Virus record (IMG/VR): IMGVR_UViG_3300037518_000174
Coordinates: 1-53,431 of that record
DNA: 53,431 bases
Strand: one strand, 5' to 3'
From: a virus
Lineage: Duplodnaviria > Caudoviricetes
Shown here: one piece after another, positions 33,940-43,463 of the stretch
How the letters are laid out: each line of letters opens with the position of its first letter
Position numbering within the stretch: the stretch's first letter is position 1
Made by a program: the position numbers and the translations under genes
The notes under the pieces: generated by a model
Seen by the model: only the letters and a program-made list of their open reading frames with translations
The model's database searches: none
Told to the model about the DNA's origin: nothing

Positions 33940-34010
33940 AATCAGTCACTTGGCGTTTTCGAGCCAAGGTCAAATAGGCGAAATAGGCCCAAATAGGGCG
34001 AATAGGGGAA
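33940..34010 (+). promoter_or_regulatory. attP arm: IHF-like site plus four phased AATAGG repeats
   Basis: AATCAGTCACTTG at 33940-33952; AATAGG at 33973, 33982, 33992 and 34001. Confidence 0.6.
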
Positions 34011-34295
34011 TTGCCTGACATGGACGAATACCTTGCATCGCTTGAGCTTCGGATGGCACGCACAGCCGCCAAGAGCCGCCGCCGCAAATCGGCGCTCAAG
34101 CAGCTTCAGAAAGCCTTTGACATCGAGCGCAAGGTCGGCGAGTTGCATGCTCACCGAATCAGTGATCTCAGCGAGGAAAACGCTCGACTGCGCCGCGAGC
34201 TTCAAAAGACCAAGAGTGACCATTTCAACGAGTTCGAGAAATGGTGGCGCAGTAATCCTTGGTGGTATCGGCTATTCGGAGGCGCCCGAGTCTAG
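34011..34295 (+). CDS. coiled-coil hypothetical protein with W-rich amphipathic C-terminus
   Basis: Coiled coil followed by WWRSNPWWYRLFG. Confidence 0.6.
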   Translation: MPDMDEYLASLELRMARTAAKSRRRKSALKQLQKAFDIERKVGELHAHRISDLSEENARLRRELQKTKSDHFNEFEKWWRSNPWWYRLFGGARV

Positions 34296-34505
34296 CGCAG
34301 GGAATGGACATGGATTACAAGAAACGCAAGCTGTGGCTACGTGCCGAGACTCTGGCTCGCAAGGCGAAGATGCTCGAACAGGACATTGCCGAGTACGTCG
34401 GAGACGCCTACGGAAGCACAACGCTTTGGTGTCTGGCGAGCGACACGGCAGACCGAACCGAACAGCTCGCGGCTGAACTAGAGCGGAAAGGGTTGAGGTA
34501 AGCCT

Positions 34506-34688
34506 ATGGCATTCGCAGCACCACAACCAGAGCGGATCACGCTGAAGCGGATCAGGGAAAAGCAAGAGCGGTATTTCGAGCTATTGGATGCGGCCGAGAA
34601 CGATTGCGACTACGACGAGATGTCTGATCTTGAGTACTGGTTCTCACAAGATGTAATCCCTTGGCTGCTGCGGAAATTGGAGAGGTAG
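34506..34688 (+). CDS. hypothetical protein
   Basis: GAGG RBS; operon orientation. Confidence 0.55.
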   Translation: MAFAAPQPERITLKRIREKQERYFELLDAAENDCDYDEMSDLEYWFSQDVIPWLLRKLER

Positions 34689-34733
34689 AGGCATGAAGCT
34701 GAAGCACACACAACGGCCGTGGCATGACTATCC

Positions 34734-35099
34734 GTGGCAACGGTACTCAAAGGGAAAGGGACAATGAGCAATAGCTGTATCGGCTGCAAATTCCTCTTTG
34801 GCAATGGTAATGGGTATTCAGACTACACATGGATGGATACCGAAGTCACCTGTGCGCTCAATCTCAATCCGAAGCTCCCGCAGTCTGAACCGTTCGACTG
34901 GAATCAAGACCCAGTAAACGACAACTGGGAGCCTACCAAGGACGGGCGATGCCCTTCCTTCTCGGAAGGTCCGTACATCACTGTTTCACCAGATGGCGAA
35001 CCAGATAACGAGCCTGTGGACGCTGCTCAGGCTCGGGCCATTATGGACGCCAGATGGATTCCAGAGGGAACGTGGAAAGAGTATTCGGAGGACCCTTAG
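34734..35099 (+). CDS. Cys-containing hypothetical protein
   Basis: CIGCKFL...GYSDYT...C...C. Confidence 0.6.
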   Translation: MATVLKGKGTMSNSCIGCKFLFGNGNGYSDYTWMDTEVTCALNLNPKLPQSEPFDWNQDPVNDNWEPTKDGRCPSFSEGPYITVSPDGEPDNEPVDAAQARAIMDARWIPEGTWKEYSEDP

Positions 35100-35101
35100 C
35101 T

Positions 35102-35455
35102 ATGGAAACATGGATCGAAATCGAGGACACGTTCCTCACTAATCAGCCGGTCATCATCGAGGGTCGGGGGAAGAATCGACGCCGCGTTCCTGATCCTGAT
35201 GTCGAGCCGACCGAAATGTATCTGTCGCTCTACGATTGCCGAAGGACGAAAAAAGGCGTGAGCCGTAAGCGTCGCCTTCAAACCTTCAAGGGAGAGAATG
35301 CGGCCGATCTGGATCAGCAGCTCATGGACTTCACCGTGCGCGACGGTGTGATGCTTGTGCAGGTGGACGACCCGCTCAAGTACACAGCATCGCGGGCTGA
35401 GCCGGACCCGATCATGATCGGTGGCGATCCCCTGCCTAAAGAGAGCACTGGCTGA
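35102..35455 (+). CDS. hypothetical protein (probable start METWIE at 35102)
   Basis: GGAGG RBS; follows the upstream stop by 2 nt. Confidence 0.55.
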   Translation: METWIEIEDTFLTNQPVIIEGRGKNRRRVPDPDVEPTEMYLSLYDCRRTKKGVSRKRRLQTFKGENAADLDQQLMDFTVRDGVMLVQVDDPLKYTASRAEPDPIMIGGDPLPKESTG

Positions 35456-36618
35456 TGGATTTCAGCAATACCAAGCTGGCCGAGAGGGATTGCCTATGGT
35501 GCAGCGCGGGGAAGGATCAAGACGTGCATTCTGCCGCCTGCCCTATCGGAGAGAGGTACTGGCATGTGCAAAAATTCCGATTATCGCAGGGACCTGCTAT
35601 TCCGACGCGACGCAAGGTTTGCGCGCAATCATCCAAGGGTCAGCCGAGGAAATCACCGTCTCATTCGTCCGCGACGTGTGCCATGGCCGATGTGGCAGTT
35701 CTGGGGAGGAAATAGGTTTTGATAACCAAGCAGCCCTGCAAGTGTGGTAACCCCAAAGAGCCGAAATACGGCACCTGCGGGCAACTGGCCTGCCGCATCG
35801 GCACTGTCCGATATAGCTGCGGGAACTGCATCCAAGAACGTCCGTGCGCCGCCTGTCGAAAATCAACCGCGCGGGCGAACGGATGGCCAGAGTCTCGGGA
35901 AGACTCCGGCTCGACCGGGTAGGAGAAAGGCAGTGGCTGAGTTCACTCCGGTAGACAGCCTGGCCTGCAAGATGGCTCAGAACCTCGATGATGCGCTGAA
36001 CATCTATCGGAAGCATGTTTGCAATGCTTTCGGTGACGCCGAGGCCCAACGCAGGGCCGGCGAGATACTACAAACCGATCTCAGAGGGCTTGCTGACGAA
36101 ATAGACCAGTGGCCCGTGTGCGAGGGAGACTCTTAGCTGTGAAAATTTCAACCGCATTCATCGTCGCCCTGCTGCTCGTATCGGTTTGGGGTTGGGCTCG
36201 GGTAGGCCAGCACATGGGATGTATCGACGCGATCAAACGGGTGCATGACTATGATTTCGTCGTCAACACGCAGCCCGACTATCCTGGCTACGATCAAATT
36301 AGGGCTCGCTTGGGGCAGGTTCGGGTCGAAGCCCGAGAAGCCTGCGCACGAGTTGGATTTGAAGATTACAGCGGGTGGCAGCGTGTCCAGCGGTTCTTCC
36401 GCGGCGAGCCCGTGACTACCGGATACCCGGAGAAAACCGATGACTGACTGCTACACAGAAGCCCAACGACTGGCGAGCCAGCTCCGGCACAATCCCTTAG
36501 AGCGCAGAAGCCAAGACGAGGAATTTCGGCTCCGTGCTGACGCTGCCGATATGCTCGAAAAGCAGGAGCGGGAGATATTCGCTCTATATCGGCGCCTGCC
36601 GAGTGGGGGAACGGGGAA

Positions 36619-36954
36619 ATGAAACAGGACTTGATCGTCAATGGCTTCGGTGCTGAGCCTGGTGACTTCGTGTCGGTCCGGCCGTGCGCCGACGAGCACA
36701 AGGACAAGACGTTCCTTGGCATCTACGTCGGCGATGTCCGTGTACGAGCTGGCTTTCTCGGCCACAACCCCTGCATGTGGGTGCCGGAGCTGAAAGAGTT
36801 CATCTTCGGTTTCGAGTCGTGGTGGGGGAAGATCGAGAGCCCAGAGCAGCTACGCGAGATCACGGACGCCGATATCGAGAGTCAGCCCTACGTTCGGGCG
36901 CTCAGGGCATTTGTGGTGGAAGGGCAGTGCCCAGAAGGAGAGAGCAATGGGTGA
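36619..36954 (+). CDS. conserved phage hypothetical protein
   Basis: V.VRPC......KT.LG.Y.G...NP...VPELK..I.G.ESWW..I; ATGA-coupled. Confidence 0.7.
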   Translation: MKQDLIVNGFGAEPGDFVSVRPCADEHKDKTFLGIYVGDVRVRAGFLGHNPCMWVPELKEFIFGFESWWGKIESPEQLREITDADIESQPYVRALRAFVVEGQCPEGESNG

Positions 36955-37471
36955 GGCTGCATACAACGAGGCAAAAGTGAAAGGTGAACTGCTCGAACAA
37001 CGGCTTCGAGAGGATGCGAGGGAAAGCGCAGAATGCTCACTAGGCCGCGCCACGCCACAGGATTTCTTAGCATGGGAAGCAGCTCAAATGATCGATTGGC
37101 TCAGCAAAGAACGTGACAGCCTGATCGAGAGGGTCGAATGGCTGCGCGGACAGGTGCAATATCACGTCGATGACAAGTGCCGAATGAACATGGAGAAAAC
37201 CGCCGACGTCGTTGAGCTGTCGTCGAGGTTAGGCGCTTTCCGTGATGCCCTGAAAACAGTCGTCATGGCCGTTGAGAGAACGAACGATTGCCCAATCTGG
37301 GACTACATGGGGCTCGGTGAGATTCAGGAAACCCGCGATCTGATACATGAAGCCACAGGGCCGGACCCGGATGAGTACCGGCGCAACCTTGAGGCTCTAT
37401 GGCCGAAACCGAGTGAGAAGTGCAGCGGACCAGCGCGAGCCCGACTTCGAAAGATCCGAGACCGAAAATGA
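36911..37471 (+). CDS. hypothetical coiled-coil protein (probable start MGEAAY)
   Basis: AAGGAG RBS before the internal ATG. Confidence 0.55.
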   Translation: MWWKGSAQKERAMGEAAYNEAKVKGELLEQRLREDARESAECSLGRATPQDFLAWEAAQMIDWLSKERDSLIERVEWLRGQVQYHVDDKCRMNMEKTADVVELSSRLGAFRDALKTVVMAVERTNDCPIWDYMGLGEIQETRDLIHEATGPDPDEYRRNLEALWPKPSEKCSGPARARLRKIRDRK

Positions 37472-37929
37472 CTGACCGGCCAAAGGAATACACCGTTTCC
37501 GACAAGCTGATGAATCGGATCTACAACACGCTCATGGGATACGCGAACCAGTCAACCTACGAAGCTCCCAGAACTGGCGGTGTCCTTGCTGGCTGTCCGA
37601 GGGGGCCTAAGCCCACACCGGAGAACCTAACGATGGCTGCTCGCTGGCTGCTGCGGGAGATCGACCGCGACCTTCTCGGCCGGAAGGAATCCGAACACTG
37701 GCCGTCCTACCCGAGGGAGCGCAATGAGTTCGAAGCTACGCTGGCCAAACTTAACGATGCCCTCGACGGCTGGACGGTATGCGTCGAGTGTGGCTGGCTC
37801 CAAAAGCCGCCGGATGAAGTGCGAGCCCTTGCTGTAGAGAGTCAGTGCCCGCATGATTCGACGTCAGTTGACGCAAATGGCGTGTGGGGCTGCCACGATT
37901 GCGGGCTTACGCGAGATACAATTTCCTGA
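37420..37929 (+). CDS. hypothetical protein with C-terminal Zn ribbons (probable start MTDRPK)
   Basis: CVECG and CPH...CHDCG. Confidence 0.55.
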   Translation: MQRTSASPTSKDPRPKMTDRPKEYTVSDKLMNRIYNTLMGYANQSTYEAPRTGGVLAGCPRGPKPTPENLTMAARWLLREIDRDLLGRKESEHWPSYPRERNEFEATLAKLNDALDGWTVCVECGWLQKPPDEVRALAVESQCPHDSTSVDANGVWGCHDCGLTRDTIS

Positions 37930-38143
37930 ACAGAATGCGCGAGGCGACGACGCGAATTAAGGCCATGATAAGCCGGATACAAGATGCTGGACTCGGCTCG
38001 GTAGTGGGACAGCGGTTTGTCTCTGCCCATAGTGCGAGCCTAAAGATGGTGGCTCGGGCCGCGCGAATAGCCACGTTGGAGCCATCCAGCCCCACCGGGT
38101 CTGGCCCGGACCCGAATCCGTCGCAGGGCACTGCTTCTGAGGA
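37924..38143 (+). ncRNA. candidate multibranch structured RNA
   Basis: Nested inverted repeats GCGACG/CGTCGC, GGCTCG/CGAGCC, GATGG/CCATC, GTGGCT/AGCCAC and CGGGTCTG/CGGACCCG in an intergenic gap. Confidence 0.45.
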
Positions 38144-38166
38144 TCAGTTAACTACAGGAGAAAACG

Positions 38167-38670
38167 ATGGGACGAACAGTTAGACGAGTGCCGCCGAACT
38201 GGCAGCATCCGCGATATACCGAGGGCAACGCCAAGAGGCGCGATTGGGTAGGCAACTATATGCCGATGTACGATCAGGAGTACGAGTCGGCCGCTGAGGA
38301 ATGGCTCGATTCGTGCCTGAAATGGTCGAACGTCGAGCATCCAGACCAGCAGGAGTACGAAAGCGCCTCGCAGTACAAATACTTCTGGGAGTGGGAAGGC
38401 GGACCACCGGATGCTGATTACTACCGGCCCAAATTCACCGAGGAACCGACGTGGTATCAATGCTACGAGAATGTGTCCGAGGGCACGCCGGTTTCACCGC
38501 CGTTCGCTACGCAAGCAGAGCTAGTTGATTGGCTGGTCGCGAACGGAGACCCCGTATTCGGCGCGATCAGCAAGGAGGCGGCCGAAAGGTTCGTGCAGAG
38601 CCAGTATGCGCCCTCGATGGTCGTTACTGACGGGCAGATTCAGGGCGGGATTCAGGCGTTGAGCCGCTGA
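38167..38670 (+). CDS. conserved phage hypothetical protein
   Basis: MGR.VRRVP..W.HP...WYQ.YE.VSEGTP.SP.F; strong AGGAG RBS. Confidence 0.75.
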   Translation: MGRTVRRVPPNWQHPRYTEGNAKRRDWVGNYMPMYDQEYESAAEEWLDSCLKWSNVEHPDQQEYESASQYKYFWEWEGGPPDADYYRPKFTEEPTWYQCYENVSEGTPVSPPFATQAELVDWLVANGDPVFGAISKEAAERFVQSQYAPSMVVTDGQIQGGIQALSR

Positions 38671-38697
38671 CTCAGATAGACACGGGGAAAAATAGCA

Positions 38698-39087
38698 ATG
38701 GACCTTGACCAGATCATCACGCACCTGAACCTCCACGCGAAAAGAGATTTGATACTCAATATGCTAGGGATGTTCTCGGTTGGGGCGATGACCGGAATAT
38801 GTGTTTTTGTACTGATCTACTGGCATCCTGATCCGGTCCTTCCTCCGTATGCCTTCGAGAACGAAGGAGAGGGCATCAGTCTTGAGTTCTTCGGGCCAGG
38901 GCCAGACTATTCCAGTCCCACATGGACATCGTTTCCAGAGCCGCCTGAGCATGTCGGAACGCTCTGTACAGTCAACTCTGCATGGTCCGAGGAAACATGG
39001 GACCATCCGATTTTCATTGCCTTATGGGAAGGCAAGGACGGCGAGTGCGACTTCTCCGAGTTTATGAATGGAATCGTTGCGCCCTAG
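38698..39087 (+). CDS. single-pass membrane protein, last gene of the + arm
   Basis: TM segment MLGMFSVGAMTGICVFVLIYW followed by an acidic domain. Confidence 0.6.
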   Translation: MDLDQIITHLNLHAKRDLILNMLGMFSVGAMTGICVFVLIYWHPDPVLPPYAFENEGEGISLEFFGPGPDYSSPTWTSFPEPPEHVGTLCTVNSAWSEETWDHPIFIALWEGKDGECDFSEFMNGIVAP

Positions 39088-39098
39088 TCTGAGTGAGA

Positions 39099-39404
39099 CT
39101 ATGCCGCCCTCGTCAGATCCAGCAACCGAGCCTCGATAATCACCCGTCTTTGCTTGAGGTATTCCTGACGGTCCAATTCCTCGGCTGTCAGGGGTCGATT
39201 CTCCGACAGACCGCGTAGCTGCTTCAGCTCCAACTCAAGGAGCCTCAGTTCCGTCTCTAACCGCCCTATTTCGCTCTCTGCGGCGAGATACTGGTGCTCC
39301 TGACTCGCGGCGTCGGCTTTCTGATATCGTGTCTCTACGGTGATCGTAGCGCCTGCTATGAACGCTAGAGCTACGAGCCCTTTGTATACGTCTGCGCTGA
39401 TCAT
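39099..39404 (-). CDS. membrane-anchored coiled-coil protein (lysis region)
   Basis: N-terminal TM GLVALAFIAGATITV plus coiled coil. Confidence 0.6.
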   Translation of the reverse strand: MISADVYKGLVALAFIAGATITVETRYQKADAASQEHQYLAAESEIGRLETELRLLELELKQLRGLSENRPLTAEELDRQEYLKQRRVIIEARLLDLTRAA

Positions 39405-39405
39405 T

Positions 39406-39831
39406 TTAGTAATCCAGATGAATCTCGGTTCCGGTGACCTTGAACACATCGAGATATGTCTTGTACCGCTCGATGATGAGAGCAACGTCCAAGGTGCTGG
39501 CAACAGCATGGGTCACGGCTTCGGATCGGAACCACTGAACCATGAAGTAATCGGAACCGTAATAGGTCTCTAAGGTCTGGTAGCCGTCGATCTCCCCGAC
39601 ACCGATGGAACAGTAGCCGTGAAGCTGAGTCATCGGCTGAACCTCGCCGCCTAGAGCGTCGGATATCATACCGGCCATCTTTCGGGCGCGCTTCTCGACC
39701 TTCTTTTCGAGATGATCGTCGTCTACGTTGAGACGCCAGAGAACGACACCCTTCGACCATGTCGGATATTCGAGCGGGCCGGTCTCGATCTTGTCTCCCA
39801 AAATCCCGCAGTGGTAATAGACGTGTGGCAT
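39406..39831 (-). CDS. hypothetical protein (lysis region)
   Basis: Abuts neighbours at 1-nt spacing. Confidence 0.55.
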   Translation of the reverse strand: MPHVYYHCGILGDKIETGPLEYPTWSKGVVLWRLNVDDDHLEKKVEKRARKMAGMISDALGGEVQPMTQLHGYCSIGVGEIDGYQTLETYYGSDYFMVQWFRSEAVTHAVASTLDVALIIERYKTYLDVFKVTGTEIHLDY

Positions 39832-39832
39832 G

Positions 39833-40120
39833 TCAGTGTCCCGTTGGTTCGTAAAAGCCTTTATCGATCAGTTGCGCACGGATCTGCGCAAGGTCGTACT
39901 GAAGCACATTCACATGTGCCGATGTCTGGTTGTACGCGTGATACGCTACGAATAGTCCGATCAGCGCAGCAGAGCATATGACTGCGCAAAACCACAGAAT
40001 GATGACCGCACTCTTACCGAATCCGAGTTCCACATGAAGCTGCTGAGTCCCGCCCCCGGAATCAGCATGAAAGGACCGGGACGATGCACGGTCGGCTTCT
40101 AGGTTATCGGCCACGTTCAA
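39833..40120 (-). CDS. single-pass membrane protein (lysis region)
   Basis: TM segment AVIILWFCAVICSAALIGLFVAY. Confidence 0.6.
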   Translation of the reverse strand: MNVADNLEADRASSRSFHADSGGGTQQLHVELGFGKSAVIILWFCAVICSAALIGLFVAYHAYNQTSAHVNVLQYDLAQIRAQLIDKGFYEPTGH

Positions 40121-40301
40121 TCTCCAACTGCTGTTGAATCAGGGCGATGTCGACCTTGATCTGGTTAACAGCAGTCTCTATGCCGTCCGTTTTGGCAACC
40201 TGGTAGGCTAGAAAAGCTCCAAGCATCATAATGATAAGGCCCATAGCTCCAATAGCCAGCGCCCTCCAAAACCCGTTGGGCTCCCCGGCTACCCTAGCCA
40301 T
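40104..40301 (-). CDS. small membrane protein with coiled-coil tail (lysis region)
   Basis: TM segment ALAIGAMGLIIMMLGAFLAY; probable start MARVAG. Confidence 0.55.
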   Translation of the reverse strand: MARVAGEPNGFWRALAIGAMGLIIMMLGAFLAYQVAKTDGIETAVNQIKVDIALIQQQLEIERGR

Positions 40302-40473
40302 GACAGTTTGAAGTCGCCTAAGATTAGTCCCAACATGCAGCCTCATCCTTTTTGCTAGGCTGTGTGCCAGAAGTGGGCGGTGGGGCTTGATCCCGCCGTC
40401 CGCTTCGCCCATCTTAGTAAAGTTCATGGTCGGTTAGTAGTGCTAAGCACATGATTTCTGCCAATCTTCTCGC

Positions 40474-40821
40474 TCAATTCCAGATCGCCAAAGCTATCGC
40501 CACACCAACGCCTAAGCTCATCAGCACGAGCACCCAGCTTTGATGGGCGGCGGTACGGGTTTTAGTCACGCCGGTCGTGCCTCCCTTAAGCTCGGCGAAC
40601 TGAGCGTCTACGCTCCGCTGCCATGCCCGTATTTCCTTTACAAAGCCTTGGAAAGCATCGTCGCTGACGTAAGTAGACTGATCCGACACTTGCTTCTCGT
40701 GCGCATGGTTAAGGTCTACCAGTCGGCGCTCGTACTCCCTTGCCTGAAGCTCGAGCGCCGCCGCAATGGCCCGCATCCTTTCATCGATACGGGCAAGGCG
40801 AACGTCAACGGTCTCGTCCAC
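40474..40821 (-). CDS. coiled-coil protein with C-terminal TM (holin/antiholin-like)
   Basis: RLARIDER coiled coil; C-terminal WVLVLMSLGVGVAIALAIW. Confidence 0.6.
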   Translation of the reverse strand: MDETVDVRLARIDERMRAIAAALELQAREYERRLVDLNHAHEKQVSDQSTYVSDDAFQGFVKEIRAWQRSVDAQFAELKGGTTGVTKTRTAAHQSWVLVLMSLGVGVAIALAIWN

Positions 40822-40836
40822 ACCGGGCTACCCCAC

Positions 40837-41172
40837 TCAGACAATTCCGGGATCTTTCGGCGTCTTCCAGAGGCGAGCAATCGCCCACATCACGACAGTC
40901 GTGAGTCCCGCGGCGAACTCCGGCGACGAAGCCAGTTCCGCCGTGAACGAAAACGCCTGCAAGATTTGCAGAATGATGTTGATCGCGATACCGGCCAGTC
41001 CGGCGCCTGTCGAAGTTCTCAGCATGTCAGTCTCCTCGTTGATCTCAAGTAATGGTTTCCCCTTCCGGGCTCGCCGCTTGTTCAGCTTTCGTTTGATGCG
41101 GGTAATGGGTTTAGCAGCCCGCCAGATGCGCTCGCCCGTCTTGATGACGCTTACGGCGTCGGCTATTGTCAT
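40837..41172 (-). CDS. putative holin (two TM segments)
   Basis: Two hydrophobic helices; directly downstream of the endolysin. Confidence 0.55.
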   Translation of the reverse strand: MTIADAVSVIKTGERIWRAAKPITRIKRKLNKRRARKGKPLLEINEETDMLRTSTGAGLAGIAINIILQILQAFSFTAELASSPEFAAGLTTVVMWAIARLWKTPKDPGIV

Positions 41173-41588
41173 GGCTCGACAATCCTGACCGCCTCGGCCC
41201 GGTTATTCCGGCAGTCCACATGAATCCAGTTCCCGTCACGCGTCGCCTCGATGTTCTCGATCGTGGTGATCCCGTCGTACAGTCCGTCCCGGATCGCCTC
41301 GTAGACCGTCTCTAAGGGCGTATCCAGGGGCGTGAGGTCAATTGCCCGCCCGTATCGGTGTTGGCTGAAAGCGGCGCCTACGGGGCAGCCCTGCGGCCTG
41401 AAGCCCCTATACTTGAGGTCGCCCCCGGTGTGCCAGTTGTTGACTAGAATCCGGCCGTAATCGTCGCGGATCGAGTCGATAGACCGGAGAATTTCCGGGT
41501 CGAAAAGCTCTAGCGAGGCTTGGCCGCGAATGTCCCAGACTTCGGGCGGGACTAATTCTCGAATGTCAAACCAACGTGGCGTATACAT
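41169..41588 (-). CDS. endolysin, peptidase M15 (Zn, Hedgehog/DD-peptidase fold)
   Basis: RGFR...GA..SQHRYGRAIDL...WIHVD.R. Confidence 0.9.
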   Translation of the reverse strand: MYTPRWFDIRELVPPEVWDIRGQASLELFDPEILRSIDSIRDDYGRILVNNWHTGGDLKYRGFRPQGCPVGAAFSQHRYGRAIDLTPLDTPLETVYEAIRDGLYDGITTIENIEATRDGNWIHVDCRNNRAEAVRIVEP

Positions 41589-41597
41589 TTATTCGCC

Positions 41598-43097
41598 TCA
41601 CAGCTCATACTCAAAATTGATAAACAGACGGTCGCCATCGGCCCATGTGAACGGGGTCGTTTTAGTCACTGAATTAGCCGTTGTCGGAATAGCCAGACGG
41701 ACCGTTGTCGCTGATGCAGAACCCTCTACAGCGCATTGGTAGAAGTTTCCTGTTGCGTCGATTAGCTGTGCATTTCCTACTTGCTTGCCGAGAGCAGAAG
41801 TCATGGCTTTTGGTAAGCTGAAGTTCCACTGCCCACCAGTGCCGAATGTCGTGCTCGATCCTATTTGCAGATGAATCTGCACCGACATCTTTCTACCGCG
41901 TTGGGTGTAGAAGGATTGCAGGGTTCCATCGCCGATGACATTGGTTCCGCCGCTGGCATCGGTCCATGCCACCGAGTAAGAGGCTCTGCCATCGTAAATG
42001 TCGTTTACGTCAGTCGTGTTGTCGGTGATCGTGACGCCGTTGTTTCGAAGATGCCCAAATCCGTGGAACTCGCAGTCGATAAGCCCGTCCGTAAGCGTCA
42101 GCTCTGCCCCGGAGGTCAGCGTATTTCCCGGCCCCCACACGATGCCGGAGAAGGCTGTCGTGCCGTCGCCAATCGTGACATCGGCAGCCGATGCGAGCGC
42201 ATTTCCGTCGATGTGCAACTGCTGTTTTTCGAGAGTGGTCAAGCCTCCAACGCGATTACCGTGAACATAGTTCCCGGCATTACCACCCACCATCTTGAGC
42301 TTGCCGAACTGATTGCCGAAGATAGCGTGCCCGCCAGCAGAGCCGGTCTGATTGAAATAGAATCCTCCCGTGGCCTGCGCAGTTGTAATACCTATAATCC
42401 GACTGTATAAGCCCTCTCCCTCGACTACGATGTCCCATCCGTCCGCCGACGTGTCGAGCGTTTCGTACCTTGAATTGGTGCTGATAATTCTGAGGCCGTT
42501 ACCGTCCGAATCATAAACAGGGCGGCCTTCGACATTCCGCGATGAGCAATGATCGAGCACCAGACTCGGGACGGTCTTGACGATGTTGTCGCCGGTAAAT
42601 GTCGTTCCGTCTCCGTCGAAACGTCCGTTAAAAACAGCATTCTGCTGCCCGCTGAAAGTGATTAAAGGACCATTGGCGTTCTTCTTGATGACCGCATTGC
42701 CGAAGAAATGAAACGTCTGAGTCGTATTGTCGGCAGTCAGGTTGTTCGCCAGGTATAGCCCGTCAGGGAACAGAACGGGTTTAGCTGTATCTATCGCTGA
42801 CTGAATAGCGGCAGATACATCCAACAGTCCTGCCCGTGTCACGACATCCGTAACTTGAGCGGTAGTCATAAACCTGAACACACTGGCAGCGAGAGTAACG
42901 TCGCTTAGATGCTGAAAACTGATCGGCGTGACTTCGGCATCGTCCTCTGCTTGGGTTTGTTCAGTCCCAAGTAGTTGCGCGATAGTCGCCTTCTGGGTCG
43001 GAATCGCACCACCCTTCCACAAGGCAACCGTGTTGGTCCCGTGACTGACGGAACTCGCCGCCGTCAGATCGTTGATGGTTTTGTTCAGATCAACCAT
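41598..43097 (-). CDS. tailspike / receptor-binding protein (beta-helix depolymerase-like)
   Basis: D.SAAIQSAID...VLFPDGLY cap, GN-rich beta-helix, and C-terminal domain Y...W...IG.GTL...Y.Q.GR...W.FSLP. Confidence 0.8.
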   Translation of the reverse strand: MVDLNKTINDLTAASSVSHGTNTVALWKGGAIPTQKATIAQLLGTEQTQAEDDAEVTPISFQHLSDVTLAASVFRFMTTAQVTDVVTRAGLLDVSAAIQSAIDTAKPVLFPDGLYLANNLTADNTTQTFHFFGNAVIKKNANGPLITFSGQQNAVFNGRFDGDGTTFTGDNIVKTVPSLVLDHCSSRNVEGRPVYDSDGNGLRIISTNSRYETLDTSADGWDIVVEGEGLYSRIIGITTAQATGGFYFNQTGSAGGHAIFGNQFGKLKMVGGNAGNYVHGNRVGGLTTLEKQQLHIDGNALASAADVTIGDGTTAFSGIVWGPGNTLTSGAELTLTDGLIDCEFHGFGHLRNNGVTITDNTTDVNDIYDGRASYSVAWTDASGGTNVIGDGTLQSFYTQRGRKMSVQIHLQIGSSTTFGTGGQWNFSLPKAMTSALGKQVGNAQLIDATGNFYQCAVEGSASATTVRLAIPTTANSVTKTTPFTWADGDRLFINFEYEL

Positions 43098-43463
43098 TTA
43101 CAAATCTTCCGCCCTGACCTCACGCACTGAGCCGGTCAAGATGTTGCCTCCCGTTCCTGTCGAGATGTAGAAGCCGTCACCCGTAATCAGGATGTTTCCT
43201 GTTCCAATGAATACGTCTGGCCCTTCCGGCCGTCTCGCCATACCGCCACGCTCCTTCGCCGGAGAAGGTCTTTCCTGTGGGTGTCTTGAATCTCTAAACT
43301 TGGGTAGAACCTTGAGTCCGTACCTGTCCGTCACGAGATCGCGAGGATCTACCCGGAAACCTGACCGCTGGCAGATTTCGTCTCGTCGGGTATTGGTGAA
43401 GGTGTTGGAGTTTGTTTCGGAGTAGTCTGAGAAGGTGCCGGAGGGCTTTTCGGAATCACTCAT
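43098..43463 (-). CDS. small virion-associated protein, paralog of 16146..16436
   Basis: MSDSEKPSGTFSDYSETN...ICQRSGFR...GLKVLPKF.DSRHPQ; extra ILITGDG..I.T..GGNILT tail. Confidence 0.75.
   Translation of the reverse strand: MSDSEKPSGTFSDYSETNSNTFTNTRRDEICQRSGFRVDPRDLVTDRYGLKVLPKFRDSRHPQERPSPAKERGGMARRPEGPDVFIGTGNILITGDGFYISTGTGGNILTGSVREVRAEDL

Noticed and set aside
33971-34010. Mini-CRISPR or replication iterons
   Set aside because: The units are 6-bp cores at 9-10 bp spacing with no spacers, and their position beside attP fits recombination-arm sites.
16146-43463. Diversity-generating retroelement suggested by the duplicated segments
   Set aside because: There is no reverse transcriptase, and the differences between paralogs are mostly synonymous rather than adenine-specific.
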